Positions 60,810 through 64,000 of a stretch of 64,000 nt of DNA are shown here, one piece after another. A model generated the notes under the pieces. The model was not told the origin of the DNA and did no database searches. It was given only the letters and a program-made list of their open reading frames with translations. The stretch comes from Clostridia bacterium. Its GTDB lineage: Bacteria > Bacillota > Clostridia > UMGS1883. Every line of letters starts with the position of its first letter. Within the stretch, counting starts at the first letter, position 1. The stretch lies in assembly GCA_045615705.1 (NCBI GenBank), contig JAZLFH010000059.1, positions 1,499-65,498 of the forward strand. The letters are read 5' to 3'. A program made the translations under genes and the position numbers.

Positions 60810-63224
60810 TTGAAAGCGATTATCATGGCAGGCGGAGAAGGCACTCGGCTTCGCCCGCTTACCTGTGATATGCCGAAACCAATGCTTCGTGTTATGAATG
60901 TTCCTGTTTTGGAGCATATTATTGAACTTTTAAAGAAGCATGGTATTAAAGATATTGCAATTACACTGGGGTATCTTCCCGAGAAAATAACCGAATACTT
61001 TGACGACGGCTCAAAATGGGGCGTCAATATAAATTATTATACCGAACAAGAGCCTTTGGGCACGGCAGGAAGTATAAAAAACGCATCACGGTTTGTAGAT
61101 TCCGACTTTTTGGTAATAAGCGGTGATGCCTTAACAGACATCAACCTTAGCGAAGCCTTTACCTTCCACGAACAAGCAAACTCTTTGGTAACTATTATTC
61201 TTTCAAAGGTTTCAGAACCTCTTGACTACGGAATAGTTTTGACTGACAGAATGGGAAAAATCAAAAAATTTGCCGAAAAGCCTATGTGGAGCGAAACAAT
61301 TACGGATACCGTAAACACGGGAATTTATATTATGAAAAAAGAAGTTTTAGACTTAATTCCGGACGGATTTTGCGATTTTTCAAGAGATGTTTTCCCGACT
61401 CTTTTAGAGCGAGGCAAAGATATTTACGGATTTCTTTCAACAGGATATTGGTGTGATATAGGCGATATAAGTGCATATCGAAAATGCCAAGCAGATTGCC
61501 TTGACAAAAAGGTAAAAGTTAAAACTTCCGCAAAAGAAGTTTCAAGGGGAATCTTTCTTGAAGACGGTGCAGTTGCTTACTGTGGTGCAATGTTGTCGCC
61601 GCCGGTATATCTCGGACACGGTGCAACGGTAAAGCGTGGTGCAAAAGTTGACTCATACTCAATTATCGGCGACTACTCAACCGTTCAGGGTGGTGCAAGC
61701 GTTAAAAGAAGTACAATTTTAAGCGGTGTAACTGTGGGTAAAAATGCAAGCATAAGAGGTGCTTTAATCGGTTCGAATTGTCAAATCGGAATGGGTTCAA
61801 GTATCTACGAGCAAGCAGTCATAGGCAGTGAATGTAAAATTGAAAGCAATGCAGTAATTAAACCCAATGTCAAAATATGGTGCAAAAAAACCATACCCGA
61901 AGGTTCAGTAGTTGACTCAAATGTAGTATGGGGTAACCTTCCGAAAGACGGGATTTTTTCTTCCGAAGGAATTATAGGAACGGTAAACGGAGAAATTACC
62001 CCCGAATTTTGTGCAAGGCTCGGTGCAAGCATCGGCTCGATTTTTGCAAAGAAAAGACTTGCGGTCTGCTTTGACGGAAAAGGCGACATTCAAATGCTTG
62101 AAAACGCATTTATCTCCGGTGCTCAGTCGGTAGGGTGTATATTGTATGATTTTTCAACACTCCTTCCATCTGTTTTAAGAAGTGCGATACTGCATTACGG
62201 ATTTTCGGGCGGTGTTTCTTTTTCGGTATTTGAAAAAGATGACGAAAACTATGTAAATATAAGGGTGTATGATGAACGAGGTATTGACATTGACCGAAAA
62301 AAGGAAAAGGAAGTTGAAAATCTTTTTTCACACGGAGATTACAGACGATATGAAGACATCAGCGGAGTCAGCCTTTATTACGATTACAAACTTTTATTTT
62401 TAAAGGGGCTTATAAACAGATTTGATAAAAAAATACCTTTTAAAATTTCAGTGGGCTGTCCGTCAATCGCCGGTAAAGAACTTTTAAATGCACTTTTTTT
62501 GAATCTTGGAGTAAATGTAAAAATTCACGAGCATCTTTCTGTTGAAGATGCAAAAAATGACGGCTCGGACATTGCATTCGTGCTTGACAGAAACGGCGAA
62601 GATGTTGCCATATACGATATTGTGGGGGAACGGACAATAGCAAATGACGAATTTTTTTATCTGAGTGTCCTTTTAAGCCTTAAAGAGCATCCGGCACAAA
62701 AACTGTATGTTCCCGTTTCCGCTTCAAGTTCAATTGAAAGTCTGGCAAGAGAGTACAATTCTTCAATAACTCGCACAAAGGACATCAAAAGGGATTTTCT
62801 TTCATCTCTTTTTGAAGAAAACAACAAAGCGTGTCAGTGCCTTTTGGAGTTTAGTTGTAACGGAGTTTTATCAATTGTTAAAATCTTAAAATATTTAATT
62901 GATAACAATCTTAGTGTTTCGGCTCTTTCAAATTTGGTTCCGAAATCAAAAACCGTCAGATACGAACTCGAATGTCCCAAAGAGAAAAAAAGTACCGTCA
63001 TCAATGATGTCTTGGAGGAAAACAGAGAATATGACCTTGATTTGACGGACGGAATAAAAATAAACTTTGAAAACGGCTGGGTGCTTGTTCTTCCCGACAA
63101 TTCACGACCGATTTGCAAAATTATTGCCGAAGGCTACACCGAGGAGTTTTCACAAGAACTCGTTGATGACTTCAAAAACCGTATTGAAAAAAACATCAAG
63201 AACAATGACGAAGGAAGAGTTTAA
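60810..63224 (+). CDS. mannose-1-phosphate guanylyltransferase-like nucleotidyltransferase + left-handed beta-helix + phosphomannomutase-like C-terminal domains (about 800-aa fusion)
   Basis: MKAIIMAGGEGTRLRPLT nucleotidyl-transferase motif, hexapeptide repeats around aa 270..380, and a C-terminal alpha-D-phosphohexomutase-like fold. The start is probably the TTG at 60810. Confidence 0.7.
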   Translation: MKAIIMAGGEGTRLRPLTCDMPKPMLRVMNVPVLEHIIELLKKHGIKDIAITLGYLPEKITEYFDDGSKWGVNINYYTEQEPLGTAGSIKNASRFVDSDFLVISGDALTDINLSEAFTFHEQANSLVTIILSKVSEPLDYGIVLTDRMGKIKKFAEKPMWSETITDTVNTGIYIMKKEVLDLIPDGFCDFSRDVFPTLLERGKDIYGFLSTGYWCDIGDISAYRKCQADCLDKKVKVKTSAKEVSRGIFLEDGAVAYCGAMLSPPVYLGHGATVKRGAKVDSYSIIGDYSTVQGGASVKRSTILSGVTVGKNASIRGALIGSNCQIGMGSSIYEQAVIGSECKIESNAVIKPNVKIWCKKTIPEGSVVDSNVVWGNLPKDGIFSSEGIIGTVNGEITPEFCARLGASIGSIFAKKRLAVCFDGKGDIQMLENAFISGAQSVGCILYDFSTLLPSVLRSAILHYGFSGGVSFSVFEKDDENYVNIRVYDERGIDIDRKKEKEVENLFSHGDYRRYEDISGVSLYYDYKLLFLKGLINRFDKKIPFKISVGCPSIAGKELLNALFLNLGVNVKIHEHLSVEDAKNDGSDIAFVLDRNGEDVAIYDIVGERTIANDEFFYLSVLLSLKEHPAQKLYVPVSASSSIESLAREYNSSITRTKDIKRDFLSSLFEENNKACQCLLEFSCNGVLSIVKILKYLIDNNLSVSALSNLVPKSKTVRYELECPKEKKSTVINDVLEENREYDLDLTDGIKINFENGWVLVLPDNSRPICKIIAEGYTEEFSQELVDDFKNRIEKNIKNNDEGRV

Positions 63225-63300
63225 AAAAACTCTTCCTTTTTATGTTATTTTAGTGTATAATAATTTTAGTTTATTATAATTTTAAAGAGGTGGGCAGGTT

Positions 63301-64000
63301 ATGAGCACTTTTTTATCGTCAGTTTTAAATTTCATATCCACTGTGGGAATTTCCGACATTTTAGATATTTTTGTTGTGTCTTATGCTTTTTATAAAATTG
63401 CGTGCTACATAAAAGGCTCCAGAGCAATGTTTCTTATCAAGGGTATCGGACTTCTGTTGATTGTTTTATGGGCAAGTCAACTGCTCCAATTAAATACCGT
63501 TAACTTTATTTTGAGAAACACCATGCAAGTAGGACTTGTTGCAGTCTTGGTTGTTTTCCAACCGGAACTCCGAAGAGCTTTGGAGCAGGTCGGAAGAACA
63601 AGTATAAGTAAATTCTTTCAATCCGATGCCGATATTGAGCAAACTTTGGCTCAGGAGATTAGTTCTGCCGCCAAAGAAATGTCTAAAACCAAAACCGGTG
63701 CATTAATAGTTTTGGAGAGAAATACAAAACTCAGTGAAATTGCAAAAACAGGAATCGCCCTTGACTCTCTCGTAAGTCAGGAACTGTTGTTAAATATTTT
63801 TTCTCCACGCACTCCCCTGCATGACGGTGCAGTTCTAATCAGTGATAACCGCATTGCGGCAGCGGGATGCTTGCTTCCTCTTACCGATAATTCATCTCTT
63901 GGTACGGAACTCGGAACAAGACACCGTGCCGCACTCGGTATCAGCGAAAATTCCGATGCCGTCGTCATTGTTGTAAGTGAAGAAACCGGAAATATAAGCA
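63301..64000 (+). CDS. cdaA: diadenylate cyclase CdaA (DisA_N domain); 3' end beyond window
   Basis: Three N-terminal TM helices, then LHDGAVLI...GTRHRAALGISENSDAVVIVVSEETG. Absent from the ORF track because it runs off the window end. Confidence 0.85.
   Translation, partial: MSTFLSSVLNFISTVGISDILDIFVVSYAFYKIACYIKGSRAMFLIKGIGLLLIVLWASQLLQLNTVNFILRNTMQVGLVAVLVVFQPELRRALEQVGRTSISKFFQSDADIEQTLAQEISSAAKEMSKTKTGALIVLERNTKLSEIAKTGIALDSLVSQELLLNIFSPRTPLHDGAVLISDNRIAAAGCLLPLTDNSSLGTELGTRHRAALGISENSDAVVIVVSEETGNIS

Noticed and set aside
59894-61027. 377-aa version of the glycosylase ORF (N-terminal 105 aa MTPHFEPSSK...)
   Set aside because: The extension has no ribosome-binding site, overlaps the divergent manC-like gene start, and is hydrophobic junk. 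The true start is the ATG at 60712, which has a strong ribosome-binding site and a canonical OGG N-terminus.

Overview
This 64-kb window looks like a chromosomal segment from a low-GC, spore-forming Firmicute, most likely a Clostridia-type organism. The evidence is the spmA/spmB genes, a bofA-like gene, the ctsR-mcsA-mcsB-clpC operon and an abrB-type regulator. The housekeeping genes read as conserved core genome: HPr, uvrC, gdhA with an NfnAB/GltD-like pair, galK, aroE-K/aroQ/aroA, birA, tuf-fusA-rpsG-rpsL, rpoB-rpoC, ogg, a manC-like gene and cdaA. Three regions stand out. (1) At 1..4386 there is a putative cobalamin riboswitch upstream of an S-layer-anchored transcobalamin-like B12-capture protein, a second DUF4430 lipoprotein, and ECF transporter T and A components. 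(2) At 16334..19227 there is a conserved 'dark' neighbourhood: a TM1266-type small regulator, a membrane protein, a GGGtGRT-family protein and a NifU/IscU-like scaffold. (3) At about 26.9..37.8 kb, directly 3' of tRNA-Ser(GGA), there is a compositionally distinct accessory block. It carries two giant paralogous secreted beta-helix surface proteins (1438 and 1302 aa). They share a nearly identical C-terminal 70-aa module and 3' flank, repeated internal modules, and a conserved structured 5' leader cassette. That cassette is also found upstream of an adjacent PLP-dependent histidine-decarboxylase-like gene. A dispersed palindromic repeat family (GGGTGTCGCAAAATGCGACACCC and a partner hairpin) acts as a terminator at three loci, and one copy of the partner hairpin is split by a roughly 213-bp insert. 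No CRISPR array, integrase or transposase was seen.
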